A DNA stretch of 64,000 nt from Laetmonice hystrix (lineage: Eukaryota). The position numbers and the translations under genes are program-made. Position 1 is the stretch's first letter; each line of letters begins with the position of its first letter. The DNA lies in contig OZ249436.1 of assembly GCA_965235115.1 (NCBI GenBank), positions 21,268,001 to 21,332,000 of the forward strand, read 5' to 3'. Shown piece after piece: positions 1 through 14,255 of the stretch. Below the pieces are notes generated by a model, which saw only the letters and a list, made by a program, of their open reading frames with translations, did no database searches and was not told the origin of the DNA.

Positions 1-487
1 AGGCTATAGCAACAGTCGTAATTTGGCTCGCATGGATTTTCGTGATTTTAATACTTTGTAGATTAGTATTTATTACCTGAATAATCGTAAAAGACACGCT
101 AATATCAGTATAAAGAATTAAGAAAAAGTAACTGACTGACTGACACCAGGATATAATGTTGATCTTCATTAATTTGCCGCCTGGGAATAAAAAGAACATC
201 CCGTTCATCTCAGGTCAACGAACCATTAAAGCAGTAAAAGCAATCTATTAGCAAAAACTAGAGCGGTAAATACGCTATACATTTATCGTAGATGCTACAT
301 TAGGGGCTTTGATTAATTTCACATTTGTGGTAGCAATCCGGGGAACAATTTGTTCCCTCCGATTTAGTCTCTGGGAATGTCAGGACGAAATGACAGGTCA
401 CCATGCGAGCCGGGAATTAAGACGAAATGATATATGTCTAAGGCTATGTAAAATGTCTGGCGACGTTTTGACGTTGTCACGTCATTG

Positions 488-578
488 ATGACGCTTGCCG
501 ATAAGGCAGTCTGCACGGCGCCAAATCACGTCACGGAGGCTCTGCGTCCTTTACCCTGGCCCTCTTCGAGCCTCAAAG
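488..578 (+). CDS. Candidate uncharacterised gene, exon 1
   Basis: ATG at 488, MTLADKAVCTAPNHVTEALRPLPWPSSSLK, donor AAG|gtacgt, phase 1. Confidence 0.45.
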
Positions 579-1137
579 GTACGTTTCCCTAAAGCAGAGA
601 TCATATTCGGAAAATAACCCTTTGGAAAGATGTCTTTGCAGCGACAGTGTAGCTTCCACAAGGAGTGTGTGGAGTGAGGAGTTGAGTAAACCAACACACT
701 GCCACCAAAGGCCACCAATGGTGTCCATGGAGACATCTTTTGGCTGGCAGAGGATAGGATAAGGTGTTCGCATACTCTGCATCTCCATGGATCAGCGCAG
801 CTCTACAGCATTTATGCATGCAAATATGATGTCTTGGTCTGTAACTGTATACCTGTAACTGGGTGTCTCAAAAAGGTAATCCACGTTCAAAGGGTCATTA
901 TGACCAAACTATATTTCAATTCAGATTTATCATGGGTTTATTATAAAGTACAGATTGTGAGCTTTCCAATGATAACTCGGTTATCTTCCTCCAGTCACGA
1001 TTTGTCACTGAGCACCAGTGTCTTGAAAATGACATGTGAAATCCTGGTTGGGACAGTTCGAACGCCTTTAACGCTTAAACAATCTTGCTTGGGACAGTTC
1101 GAACGTCTTTAACGCTTAAACTATGAGGCTTAAACTA

Positions 1138-2216
1138 GGAGGTATTCAGATATCAATTAATGTGACGAGGCCTAAGAATTCTTTCACAACACGCCGGGAG
1201 GTATTCAGATATCAATTAATGTGACGAGGCCTAAGAATTCTTTCACAACACGCCAGGAGGTATTCAGATATCAATTAATGTGACGAGGCCTAAGAATTCT
1301 TTCACAACACGCCAGGAGGTATTCAGATATCAATTAATGTGACGAGGCCTAAGAATTCTTTCACAACATGCCGGGAGGTATTCAGATATCAATTAATGTG
1401 ACGAGGCCTAAGAATTCTTTCACAACACGCCGGGAGGTATTCAGATATCAATTAATGTGACGAGGCCTAAGAATTCTTTCACAACACGCCAGGAGGTATT
1501 CAGATATCAATTAATGTGACGAGGCCTAAGAATTCTTTCACAACATGCCGGGAGGTATTCAGATATCAATTAATGTGACGAGGCCTAAGAATTCTTTCAC
1601 AACATGCCGGGAGGTATTCAGATATCAATTAATGTGACGAGGCCTAAGAATTCTTTCACAACACGCCGGGAGGTATTCAGATATCAATTCATGTGACGAG
1701 GCCTAAGAATTCTTTCAGAACATGCCGGGAGGTATTCAGATATCAATTAATGTGACGAGGCCTAAGAATTCTTTCACAACATGCCGGGAGGTATTCAGAT
1801 ATCAATTAATGTGACGAGGCCTAAGAATTCTTTCACAACACGCCGGGAGGTATTCAGATATCAATTAATGTGACGAGGCCTAAGAATTCTTTCACAACAC
1901 GCCGGGAGGTATTTAGATATCAATTAATGTGACGAGGCCTAAGAATTCTTTCAGAACATGCCGGGAGGTATTCAGATATCAATTAATGTGACGAGGCCTA
2001 AGAATTCTTTCAGAACATGCCGGGAGGTATTCAGATATCAATTAATGTGACGAGGCCTAGGAATTCTTTCAGAACATGCCGGGAGGTATTCAGATATCAA
2101 TTAATGTGACGAGGCCTAGGAATTCTTTCAGAACATGCCGGGAGGTATTCAGATATCAATTAATGTGACGAGGCCTAGGAATTCTTTCAGAACATGCCGG
2201 GAGGTATTCAGATATC
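1138..2216. repeat. 59-bp minisatellite, ~18 copies
   Basis: Unit ggaggtattcagatatcaattaatgtgacgaggcctaagaattctttcacaacacgccg; head-to-tail, no spacers. Confidence 0.97.
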
Positions 2217-2376
2217 TCTATTTATAGAGCGTCACTTTTAGAAAACCATTAAAATGATACTTTGAGATTTTGCTTCACGTAACTTTCAACCAGTAATACC
2301 TGTGTCCCGCAGCCACACAATGGAACGATTCCTCATTTTGAACTTTTGTTATAAGTGATATCATAACGGTCGACAG

Positions 2377-2469
2377 TTATAATTACCCGCCCTAAGGACT
2401 GGAATCATTGTAATCAGCCAAACAACTGTCCGTTTATCAAACCGGAAATACATGACAATTGCTGGAAAC
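2377..2469 (+). CDS. Candidate uncharacterised gene, exon 2
   Basis: cgacag|TT ... AAA C|gtaagt; 93 nt, phase 1/1; (V)IITRPKDWNHCNQPNNCPFIKPEIHDNCWK. Confidence 0.5.
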
Positions 2470-3287
2470 GTAAGTGAGTTTCAGAGACAGGAGAGGAACA
2501 CAACACATCACCCGCATTTTATTGTGTCATTTGTTACAGACATATACCGGCTGTATGAGTAGAGGCAGCCGTAGATTTTCACCGGCGGCGTGCATGGTGG
2601 ATTCTTTTATCGTAACTTACTGTCAAGGTAATGTTAGTCACAAAGCGAAGACAAAGCCGGCAAAGTCATCACAGGAAAGCTATGAAATATGCATGGTTAC
2701 ATTATATTTACCCCCCCCCCTCCCCGCAACAAACAAACACACACATACTCTACTCACCCCAACACCCAACCCCCACACACGCCTATAGTTACTGATAAAG
2801 GGGTACATGTGTATTATGTCATTCATAACTCTCATGTTGCTTGTACTTAAAGTAGGCCTAGTTCTTATTGTTGAGTTTTCTAAGAAACCCTACATAATGT
2901 GATGTCTATATGACATGATGTAATGCTGTAACATAATAGTTGCATGCCAAGGTAGACTTATTGTGTACCTATAGGTCATAGATTTTGCCCGTTAAGTTTG
3001 ACCGAATAGAAACTGTGATTGGGTCTCCGTGAAGTCAGGAACGGTCTAGCAAAGATATGGTATAGAAAAAGTATAGACAGCACGACATTCTATAATGTAA
3101 AATTGTATATCCGTTCTTTTCCTCTCACATATTTATGAGTGTAGTCACAATAAAATCGATGAGATGCCTTAAGGTTTCCCTACTTTAAGTCAGCATGACA
3201 CAGAGAATGTAGAAGGTCATTAACAAACGGCGGTTCTGGATGTCACCACAGTGACACAGAGCGGAAGTCGTCACTGAGGTCTGACAG

Positions 3288-3403
3288 CAGCGCCACCATC
3301 GGCGTGGTCTGGTACTAACCCGCTGATGACACCAGAGGGACACCGACTCCACAACATCAACAAATTCCAATCTACCATGACGAATGTTGTACGTCATGAG
3401 CAA
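3288..3403 (+). CDS. Candidate uncharacterised gene, exon 3
   Basis: ctgacag|CA (NAGNAG) ... CAA|gtaaac; 116 nt, phase 1/0; (P)APPSAWSGTNPLMTPEGHRLHNINKFQSTMTNVVRHEQ. Confidence 0.5.
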
Positions 3404-4215
3404 GTAAACATTAATCTACGGTTATCGCCAGAAATGGCCCCCAAATTGATTTGATGCCGAGCTCGCATGTTTGGGGCTTGGTTATTGTAACCTTTTCCCG
3501 CCACCAGGGGCGCTGTGCTGCCACGTCCGGTCCTGGCTGTCGACAGATAAGAACACTGGCACATAATATTGACATTGTGTGAAAAATTAACAATTTCTAA
3601 TTGAAAGGCGCACTTTTATGTAAAGTTCAGGCGGCCCTAGGGGTGCCGTTAGGCTGGTTAATGTCAGTTGTGGGGCGTTGGGAGACAATTAGATGGGTCG
3701 ATGAGGCGGGCAGGTCGCGGACAATTCGCCAAGTACGAGGTGAGCGTACGGAATGGGGACAGCGTGGGAGGACCAAGTGGACAGCGACATGTCATGTTCT
3801 GGAGGTTCTCTATCCAAATCAAGAATGAAGGCTCTCCATGAAACAATCATAAGTCGATGTTCGGCACCCGTCACGTCTATCAAAAACAAGTGTCGCGTTT
3901 ATAGGCTACCCAGTTTTATATTGACCTCGGACACAGATTTAAGTTCTATTTGAGATCAATCATGAAGCATGGATTCTATGCATGTAAATTTATATAGCTC
4001 TATAAATACATAGATCTGCAAAATATATGCATGCACAAACGCAGGAGTGTTTGCCTGGATTTATGCGTGCTATTAAATTCAATATTGTATCATATTGCAT
4101 TCCCTGGTGTTCTGTCCCGGCCCATCCTTCACCGAAAAGACAGATTTTCCCCGCCAGCCCGTCCCCCCTGTAAATACTGACGGTTGTGGCGGTGGGCCTG
4201 CGGTGTTACGTGCAG

Positions 4216-4325
4216 GTGCGCCGACCATTCGATCCCCATCCCACCGATTGGGTTACGGACGTAAAGAATGAAGATGTCTGGGTAAAGCTGGTGACGGTCA
4301 GGACCGTGGACAACTCCCGACAAGG
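4216..4325 (+). CDS. Candidate uncharacterised gene, exon 4
   Basis: gtgcag|GTG ... GG|gtaagc; 110 nt, phase 0/2. The only open frame is VRRPFDPHPTDWVTDVKNEDVWVKLVTVRTVDNSRQ. Confidence 0.5.
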
Positions 4326-4962
4326 GTAAGCAGTAAGACAAGCGTGTGCGGGACTAAACCCGTCCACCGACCTGTCACAGCGAACGTGTCGCCGCCACAG
4401 TCTCCAGATCATCGCCCTTAATTTATGCTGGGATCTATCAACCCGCCTTTACATTAGGGGCGAGATAGATACGGGATTATACCAAAAGGCCACGCAATTA
4501 TGAGTGGGGAGGAGAGCTGTCAAACTGAACTCGTGCATATCCTACCGTGAGGGCATTAGCTCGTCTCACCTGCTCTAGAACAGCTTATGATGCCAATAAC
4601 GACATCACGCTATGCTCCTTGACAATACAGAGCACGTCAATAACTCATATACAACACAAAACCAACCTGATATTGTGGGCGCCGTAGTCGTTATGTTGTC
4701 GGGTTGGGGTGGGGGTACGCATGTGTGTGGATTCCTTAAAAGACTTCTTACCTTAATGCAAAAGCAAATGTTATCTTTACTATTAACCCATTTTAATCTG
4801 CCAAAGATGCTTCTCCAATGTACACTAAAAGTAACAGAGCATAATTTGAACGCACCCATCCGTAAATTGTTTACCTATGGAGCTGATTGAAGCAGCCATC
4901 AGTTCAATGTGTAGTCAAGAGTCCCCAGCACAAGTCAAGGCTTCACTGACGCCATTCTACAG

Positions 4963-5048
4963 GTGCACAGTGGATGAAGCGACCTCTCTAATGGATCCTT
5001 TCAGGACATTAAGAGCTGAGATCGCGAGCCACAGACAACCTGAAGAAG
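4963..5048 (+). CDS. Candidate uncharacterised gene, exon 5
   Basis: Branch-like ctgac at 4946, ttctacag|G ... GAA G|gtatga; 86 nt, phase 2/1; (G)CTVDEATSLMDPFRTLRAEIASHRQPEE. Confidence 0.5.
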
Positions 5049-7816
5049 GTATGAAATCGGTGGTGTATTGAAGATAACGTCGACGGGCAAGCAAGGGGAA
5101 TATTAGTGTTCGACCATTCTCACCTTTTTATATAGCCTAGTGGCAGTACTTCACACGGCCTTTGGACACATATCTTAAATGCCAGAGTGTGAGATAGGAG
5201 CCTAATGTTGAAGTCACCCCCTCCGCCACCACGTCGCCCTAAAAAACACTTCTAAAAACCTTAAAGAAAAAAACGGGGGAGGGAATATTGCCGGGCGTGC
5301 TTTCTCACGTATACGTACAAGGGTTGTAGCAGTCGACTGGTGCTAGATTAGACAATACCACATCTGGCGCCACAGCAATGAAGATCGCAGTGGTATATTA
5401 TGGAGAGTCACGTTTGTCATTTTCATTACATTAAATAAATAAAGTCAATAGTGCCGTCACATCCAATGTTGGCCCTCCCCAGCACGGGGCGAGGGAACTG
5501 CTACTGTACATTGAGGCCCGTCACGATGACTGCCCTGGTTGAGATTCCACAATGGTTTTTCATTTGATGAGTAATTACCTATACATTGCCACCTGCTCGT
5601 ACTGTCATCTGCCCTCTGACTGACTAGCAGGTGGAGCAGGTTGTGGAGCGGGTTGTCTGCAGATTCTCCCTTTGATGAAAGGTGTTGATCTCAGTGGATA
5701 CAAACACTTGATAAAGTTGCTGTTTGGTTCTAAAAGGTTTCATGACACTTTCCAGTGGGATACGGCCGACTTCATTCAACATGTCCACCTCGAGTGGGTT
5801 GAGAATCAGAGGAGAAAGTCCAGCCTTGCGGCGTGGTGATAGGGAAGAGCCAAGTCGAGATAAACGATGACGTTTCCATGGTGTCGTGACGTGACGTCGC
5901 GGAATGTTTGCGGATGACTTTCCCCGCCAAGTGTCTGTGTTTGGGTTGGTGGAGGGGTTGGATGCGGGCGTGGCTGCCATGAGTGTCTCACCGTGTAACA
6001 GTATTGTGGAGGTCAGGGCCTACAACCTCCCGGATTGTCTACTCATCAACGCCTTTACAATATGTCGGCAATGGTGACATGTGAGTGAGCATGTTGGGCC
6101 ACCGTCCACATGTTGAGGGCGGACAGATGGAGACCGGGGGGAGGGAGGCCATACCTAGTCCTTATACCAGGCCTTGAGTCCCGTCTAATGGCCTGTGAAC
6201 GTCAGCTTCACGAACCAATACATTCGTGGATGCTGGTTGGGTGTTTTTTGAGTGGAACTATGGTTTCCTCTTGGCGGAGTTCATGATTGAGGGGATAAGG
6301 AAGAATACAGGCCCAGGCATACTCCTACATGACCCCCCCCCCCCATTTACAGTAGGCCTATATTTTTAAGATTTTCTTTGTGAATCATCGATATCTGACA
6401 ATGATCGTCCTCCCTGTCTGTCCCCAACAAGATCTGTCCCGTTCGTCCATGAGTAACACCACAAAATAAAGATCATATTTTGTTGTTGCATGGGTAGTTG
6501 GGATGGTGGGGCAGTGCATTACAGGGTGTGGTGATCTAGATTCCGAGACTATAAGCGAACCTAATGGTAGGTTGTCTGAATGTGTCCCCTGACCCCTGGC
6601 TACTCGTGTTTCTGGGGCAGTCCGTGAGTTGTCTTGAGGTGTCGTTCACCGGACAATCTCCGGTCCCTCCAGTCCCACCCCGGTACCGGCCCCTGACAGC
6701 AGCCGGGGCAAGGCTAGCGAAAAATGATCTTGAAATTGGACTGTCAAATTACGGCGGTGGCGTTCAGGTGTGTAATGTGCGCGTGGGGACGGGTTTGAAC
6801 GGGTAGACGGGGGGTTCGGGGCCGGGGCCCGGGGACAGCGGGGGCCATGTCGACCACCTAGGTCCGTCCTCTGACACCTGCCAAACCCGCGCCGCTCGCC
6901 ACAATGCCAGAAATATGGCTTCTCCTTGCAGGGCGGCAGTCGCTTGTCATAGAAGGATCACCTAGCGGTCGAATTTGCCGGACATTTGCCAGGCTGCCCG
7001 CTGGGTGCAGGTGCCCCTTGACGACCGGGCTCAGCGGCCGGGCGCTTAAACCGCAGGCTGTCACAGGGCGCCCACTGCGCCCCTGTGCGCCCGGCAGAGA
7101 GTGGGGGCATGAGGGTCTGCACTGCTTGTTGCCAGGCTGCAGAGAAACTGGAATCTTGGACAACAATTTGATTAACTTCCTCTCACATCTTTAGACCGAA
7201 TCCAGGATCCTGGCAGCCTATGCTATAATGTGATGGAAATCCATAGGCCTGATTTACCAAAAAAAAAAGTAGAAAAGAAACATATAATGATACAGGATGA
7301 TGTTTATAGTGAGCAATACAGCCACTGCCCCAACCCCCACCCAGCCCAACCCCACCCTAGCAATCCGGAATGTTTTCCTGTGATATTGGGTTATGTGACT
7401 ACCGTGGGTACAGGGCCGGGCACTCAGCTGTTTATAGGTTTATAGGTGGTAATCATGGGATGCCACTACTAACGTCGGCCAACGCCAGCCAACGCCGGCC
7501 AACGCCAGCCAACGTCGGTCAACGTCGGCCAACGTAGAGCGCTCGGAATCCGGCCCACGCCATGCGTGCACGTCGTTCGGGTGGTGGGGTTGGCGACACC
7601 CCGCAACACGTAACTGAGGTTAGTCGGTGATTTGTCGGAAATCATCGGGAATTACTGAGGCACACACGGGCGATTCCACACGCGAACACCACCACTGCCA
7701 GCCAGGGCCACTACTGCCAGCCAGGGCCAAGAACCGCCAGTCTCAGATTTATGACAGGCTTCAGTATATATATACTGCTCGGCATGGAGAGAATAACGAC
7801 AATAAATTCCATATAG

Positions 7817-10263
7817 AACTAGACATCATGATTGCAAGCAATACACTAATCCCATTTCCTCCGGACGTCATGAGGAAAACGCCAGGTGCCATTCGTATGC
7901 TATCAAGTAACTAAAGTGGCCCATAGCCTTACCACTCTGCCATCTTGGTTTTACTGTCAGTCCTGGAACCTTTGTCCCAAATCTCAGAAATGTAATTGAC
8001 AGAGGTCAAGTTATGGGAAAATTATCTCTGAAAACCATGTATGTCAAAATATTTCATAACTATGATTTTGACAAGGTCTCATATCCTGCCTGGTGGTGTT
8101 TTGGTATTCAGAGCCTGAAAAATGAGAAAAAGAAAATTCCTTATTTGGTGGGATTCGAACCCATGATCTCCAGCCTTTAGGTCGGGCATGCTACCCACTC
8201 AGCTATTGAGACTCATGCTTGTAGAGGTACCTAGGTCCTATTTGAAGTAGGTGGATGACGTCATGACACAAAAGAGTGACGTCACAGAAAAAAGTTTGCA
8301 TAAATCTAGCTCAGCATCCCATCCTCTTTAAGCCTACTAAGTTTCATTAAGATCTGTTAAAAACTGCCAGAGATAATGACTGATTTCTGGTAAACTTTAT
8401 CTTTGAGAGTCCATGTATGTCAAAACATTTCATAACTATGACTGTGACAAGGCCTCATATCCTGCCTGGTGGTGTTTTGGTTTTCAGAGTGTGAAAAATG
8501 AGAAAAAAATTGTCGTACTTGGTGGGATTCGAACCGATGATCTCCAGCCTTTAGGTCGGGCATGCTACCCACTCAGCTATTGAGACTCATGATTGTAGAT
8601 GTACCTAGGTCCTATTACAAATAGGTGGATGACTTCATGACAGAAAAGAGTGACGTCACAGAAAAAAGTTTGCATAAATCTAGCTCAGCATCCCATCCTC
8701 TTTAAGCCTACAAAGTTTCATTAAGATCTGTTAAAAACTGCCAGAGATATGACCGATTTCTGGTAAACTGACCAAAGAATCAAACTTTGATGTCACGTGA
8801 TTCAGTGAAAAAAGGTCCGATCGCTAAACAACGGCCCCACAATTTTAAGCTATCCACTAGGAACATCCAGAAGTGGTTTGGTCAAGATTTTCAAAAAAAT
8901 GAGAGAGTAGTAAGGATTTAACCATATTGTGACCTTTGACCCGAATCTCAGAAAGGGTAATGATCCAAGGTCAAGTTATGGAACAAGTATCTTAGAGAAC
9001 CATCCACGAAGAGGATCTATAACCAATATTTCCCCAAGTAACAGTAGTTTTGTGTTGGGAGTTGATGAAGTGATGCTCCATGTGACGTGTTTGAGACGTC
9101 ATAAAACCAAGACATGACGTCGCATGACGTCCTGCTTCATATGCGTAGATCTTCATCCCATGATGGAACTTCCGTGCAAGTTTCAACCTGATATCTTAAA
9201 AAGTGACCGAGATATACACTTTGTCTTACAACAGGAATAATAATAATAAAAAAAAGTTTGCATAAATCTAGCTCAGCATCCCATCCTCTTTAAGCCTACT
9301 AAGTTTCATTAAGATCTGTTAAAAACTGCCAGAGATATGACCGATTTCTGGTAAACTTTATATTTGAGAACCATGTATGTCAAAACATTTCATAACTATG
9401 ACTGTGACAAGGCCTCATATCGTGCCTGGTGGTGTTTTGGTTTTCAGAGTGTGAAAAAACGAGAAAAAAGTTTCTGTACTTGGTGGGATTCGAACCGATG
9501 ATCTCCAGCCTTTAGGTCGGGCATGCTACCCACTCAGCTATTGAGACTCATGCTTGTAGAGGTACCTAGGTTCTATTTGAAATAGGTGGATGACGTCATG
9601 ACACAAAAGAGTGACGTCACAGAAAAAAAATGCATAAATTTAGCTCAGCATCCCATCCTTTTTAAGCCTACCAAGTTTCATTAAGATCTGTTAAAAACTG
9701 CCAGAGATATGACCGATTTCTGGTAAACTGACCAAAGAATCAAACTTTGATGTCACGTGATTCAGTGAAAAAAGGTCCGATCGCTAAACGACGGCCCCAC
9801 AATTTTAAGCTATCCATTAGGAACATCCAGAAGTGGTTTGGTCAAGATTTTCAAAAAAATGAGAGAGTAGTAGGGATTTAACCATATTGTGACCTTTGAC
9901 CCGAATCCCAGAAAGGGTAATGATCCAAGGTCAAGTTATGGAACAAGTATCTTAGAGAACCATCCACGAAGAGGATCTATAACCAATATTTCCCCAAGTA
10001 ACAGTAGTTTTGTGTTGGGAGTTGATGAAGTGATGCTCCATGTGACGTGTTGGAGACGTCATAAAACCAAGACATGACGTCGCATGACGTCCTGCTTCAT
10101 ATGTATAGATCTTCATCCCATGATGGAACTTCCGTGCAAGTTTCAACCTGATATCTTAAAAAGTGACCGAGATATACACTTTGTCTTACAACAGGAATAA
10201 TAATAGTGTAGACGAAACCATACAAAATCAAAATCCCATTTCCCCGTCAGGGAAATGGGATAA
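7817..10263 (-). mobile_element. Non-autonomous Helentron/HINE-like element with internal tandem duplication
   Basis: One end has palindrome atcccatttccc-cgtca-gggaaatgggat (10233-10261) beside an (AAT)n tract. The other end has the same 11-mer atcccatttcc (7849-7859), a small hairpin attgc-aa-gcaat and CTAG. Inside are two ~960-bp copies plus a partial ~370-bp copy. Confidence 0.7.
8147..8214 (-). other. tRNA-derived module (Pol III A and B boxes), copy 1 of 3 (others ~8520-8588, ~9481-9549)
   Basis: Minus strand reads gagtctcaaTAGCTGAGTGGgtagc...atgGGTTCGAATCCcacc. Acceptor and anticodon stems do not pair well. Confidence 0.7.
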
Positions 10264-11216
10264 TCAACACGTCAGAAATCTGCTTCACTCGTTTCTTTCG
10301 AGTTCTTGTTTTTCTCAAGCTGTGGACGCAACCCATGTACTGTGTTAAAACAACGTTAAAGAAATTGTAGGCTTATAACTGTGTATACGTCAGCAGGGTT
10401 TCAAGGTGTCGAACAATCTAATATATGTCACCTAATATAAGAACTGCATTGTATAGGCCCTATACATCTGATCTTTCAAGGTTTATGTATTCCTAATATG
10501 GTGAAACTGAGACGTCTCTATGTAAAGGGAGATTTCTATCTATACTTTAAGAAGATAATTATGATTCTATGCAGGGCCTTTGGCAGTAAAAAAAAAAGTT
10601 ATGTATTGGGGGCAGTGTGATGTACCGACGAGAACGTGTCATTAAGAACATCACATTAAAAGAGCATGCACCTGCTTGCTAAAAAGGGCATTTTTTTCAG
10701 AATCGCCAGAGGGCTACTGCCCCCTTGTCCCCTTACCGCCTTACCCCCTTACCCCCTTACCCCCACCCTAGCTCGCTACAACCCTGCAGAATGTGTCTGT
10801 ATACTGAAGGTTTGTGGATGCTTGGGATGTCTGCCATCTCTGCGAGAACATCTGGAGAGACTGGTGAAACAAATCAGTTTTTTTATGGAAAGACCAAAGC
10901 GACATGCGTGCACATGTGCGTGTCGAGGGTTGGTGTGTGGGGGAGTGAGACTGGGCCGGTGTGTGTGTGTGGGGGGGGGGACTGGGCGAACTGTACGGGG
11001 AAAATGATTTCCTACATGGCCTCCCCCTTCCTCCTCCCAAACTCCTCCTCGTTTTATCTGTAGTTCATTTCTAGGCGGAGTGATCATGGGCGCCGCGCGG
11101 TGTTGGGTACACAATATGTGGCCCGGTCTTGGACACACATGTTACCGGGTGTTTGACACACATGTGGCCGGTGACTTATGACAGACGGCTGCATTCTCCA
11201 CTTGCCAATATGTGAG

Positions 11217-11426
11217 CTTGTCTTGTTAGCCCCGGTCTCTGAACCCAGCCTGCGGGCACCGTTAGCCGTGCTATAACCGCAGAGTTCAGCCAGTAATGAT
11301 CGGTCCAAACGAGATACCTTGGCCCAGAACTTCACTGTTCTTGGCTTTCTTTGGGAATTCACAAGTGTAGCATCCTAAAACATCCGTCTCTCTGCATGCT
11401 GCAGTGTCCCTTTAATGGTTTGCTCC

Positions 11427-11508
<82 letters not shown>

Positions 11509-11697
11509 CAGGGACAGAGACAGGCAGAGACAGAGGCAGAGAGACAGACAGACAGAGGCAGAGAGACAGAGACAGACAGAGACAGGGAGAGAGAGGCAGA
11601 AAGACAGAGACAGAAATGCAGAGAGGCAGAAGGAGAGAGAGACAGAGAGAGACAGAAAGATAGAGAGCGACAGAGAGAGAGAGACAGAGAGAGAGAG
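11217..11697 (+). mobile_element. SINE-like interspersed repeat with (AG)n tail, copy 1
   Basis: ~190 bp nearly identical to 24375-24582, followed in both copies by an AG-rich microsatellite. Confidence 0.7.
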
Positions 11698-12442
11698 GGG
11701 GTAGGCATGCCAGTTCGTAGTATGGAGTGGAAAAAGTGTTTTTTTAAAAAACGGACGACATCGATGGTGGGAGAGTCAAGTGAGTGAGCTGATGTGTAAA
11801 GTGAGACTCCGCCGGGTCATTAGGGCCTAATTTGGCTCTGCCATGGTGGATGTCGTCGCGGCCAGTTGGCCCACCCAGCCGACGTGTCTGTTGCTACTGA
11901 GCGTTGAATAGCGGCGCTGTGAAGGGTAGCCAAGCCTCACAATGCTAACAGTTCGCAGGAGAATAGGTGTAATATGGGGTAGCCATGCAGACCACTGCCC
12001 CCGCAGGCTGGGCCGCACGCGCCGAGTGTGCCGGCCCAACACCTCCCTCTCTCTCTCAACCAATTTAGCGCCATATAAATTCACACTGCAGCTTCCGCTA
12101 AGCTCTTTGAAACCACACAAACCTCGCCAAGACGGTCCGACTTAAATTGGGCTGCCTTAAAGTCGTAGGAACTTTTAACAACAATATCTGGCAGGAGAAA
12201 AGTATAGGCCTATAGAGGAAATCATGTTTGAGTGCACAAAAACTTGGAAGGATGGATCGGATTATTTTTGTATATTATAATACTTTATCACCAACAGTCT
12301 CGTAGACCGGTATATACTTGGGCTTGACTAGTGAATTTTGAAACAAGATAAAAGTGATAAGCTATTATAGCCTAATGCTGTTGACGGTAACGTATGTTCA
12401 ATTTTCATGTTTGAAAGATTTGAGCTACATTGAATACATCTG

Positions 12443-12612
<170 letters not shown>

Positions 12613-13857
12613 CACCGTTCTCCGACCGCCGTCCAAGACTGCCGTCCGATCCACAAGCCAAATCTCATCACCCAGAATGATGAACCCCGAGTTGGATCGC
12701 TTCCTCCAACCCCAAAACGTAATTCGCCTCCTTCTGTTTTTTCTAAAATCAACCACTGGATGACGTGCTACCGATATGTACCTCCTCTAGGGGAGAGCGG
12801 CGATCAGGCGGCCGGTCAGGGCACTTGATTTATTTGAAGATTATATGTAATTTTTATCATCAAGGTGCAAGCAGTGAGAACCGGGTTGACGCGGCCATAA
12901 TTCGTGTCGGCGGTGGTCGGAGCGGGCGGGGTCGGCCACACTCGGCCCGGCCACCCGCCCCAACCACCCGTGATCGATGGGCATCATTTCGGCGAGCCAC
13001 AATAAAATCTATCATCTTGACATGCCGATCTCGCCCTTCATTTTATTGCCGGCAGTTCGGCCACATTTACACACCGATCTTCATCTGCGGGGACTGCGCT
13101 AATTGCACACGTGTCAAAATATTTTTGCGCCGGTTCCATTAATCGTGCTCCAAAGGTCTACTATCGGGGATCGCAGACGCTAGCAAGGACAGTCGGCCGC
13201 AAGATTTAAGCGACCCGGTCAGCCCCCGTAAGGCCGGCCGCCTCCCGGCCCCAGGCCCCGACCCCGCCACCCCGTCTGACTGCCTGAACACCTTATCTAT
13301 CAAAAAACAACACTCCCGCTCGGAGCGGGTGCAGAGAGAAGACCAGTGTAGCGATCCATTATGGTATCTAAACGTGCCCTGAGATCACACGTCGAGAGCT
13401 GAGTTCAATTGTTCCAAGCGGTCGAGCGGACCCCATTACTTCCACCCGCCGAGAGCTTGCCCCCTGTCTCCTCCCAGGTCCGCGCTGCAGTGGGCCCAGC
13501 GCAATGATGGCCGGGATCGAACAACTCCCCTGGAGGTGGGTCGGTCGACAATATGGCAGCCTTTATGCGGCCACGTATAGCCCGGCGGGGGAGGGTGTGA
13601 GGTGGGGGCACGGGGTCTGATCCCTCTCCACCCGGTGTCCGGCGGGCTGGACCCCCACACCCCTCCCCTACCAGTCCCCCTGGGCCCCCACACCCCTCCC
13701 CTACCAGTCCCCCTGGGCCTGTCTCCATACAACACCAACACTTGCTGGGCCACGATAAGATGGGGGGATTGTTCTCACGGCTACAGATTAACATCCCAAG
13801 GACAGGAGGCGGGTCAGCGGGACGATCAATCACTTCCGGGTTAGTCGGGAAACATCC

Positions 13858-14255
13858 TTACCTCAGACAGAACGAACGGGTACATCTGAATGGAAAACTC
13901 TAACTTTATTACCTCAGACAGGACGAACGGGTACATCTGAATGGAAAACTCTAACTATATTACCTCAGACAGGACGAACGGGTACATCTGAATGGAAAAC
14001 TCTAACTATATTACCTCAGACAGGACGAACGGGTACATCTGAATGGAAAACTCTAACTATATTACCTCAGACAGGACGAACGGGTACATCTGAATGGAAA
14101 ACTCTAACTATATTACCTCAGACAGGACGAACGGGTACATCTGAATGGAAAACTCTAACTATATTATCTTAGACAGGGCGAACGGGTACATCTGAATGGA
14201 AAACTCTAACTCTATTACCTCAGACAGAACGAACGGGTACATCTGAATGGAAAAC
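13858..14255. repeat. 51-bp minisatellite, ~8 copies
   Basis: Unit ttacctcagacaggacgaacgggtacatctgaatggaaaactctaactata. Confidence 0.95.

Noticed and set aside
1138..2216. CRISPR-like regular arrays (also 13858-14255, 22785-24130, 61587-63048)
   Set aside because: Units are head-to-tail with no unique spacers, no cas genes are present, and the context is an intron-containing eukaryotic genome.
5624..5980. 118-aa minus-strand ORF
   Set aside because: No recognisable domain or supporting gene structure. It cannot be excluded but is unsupported.
8147..9549. Three functional tRNA genes
   Set aside because: A and B boxes are present, but acceptor and anticodon stems do not form and the copies are embedded in a repeat element.
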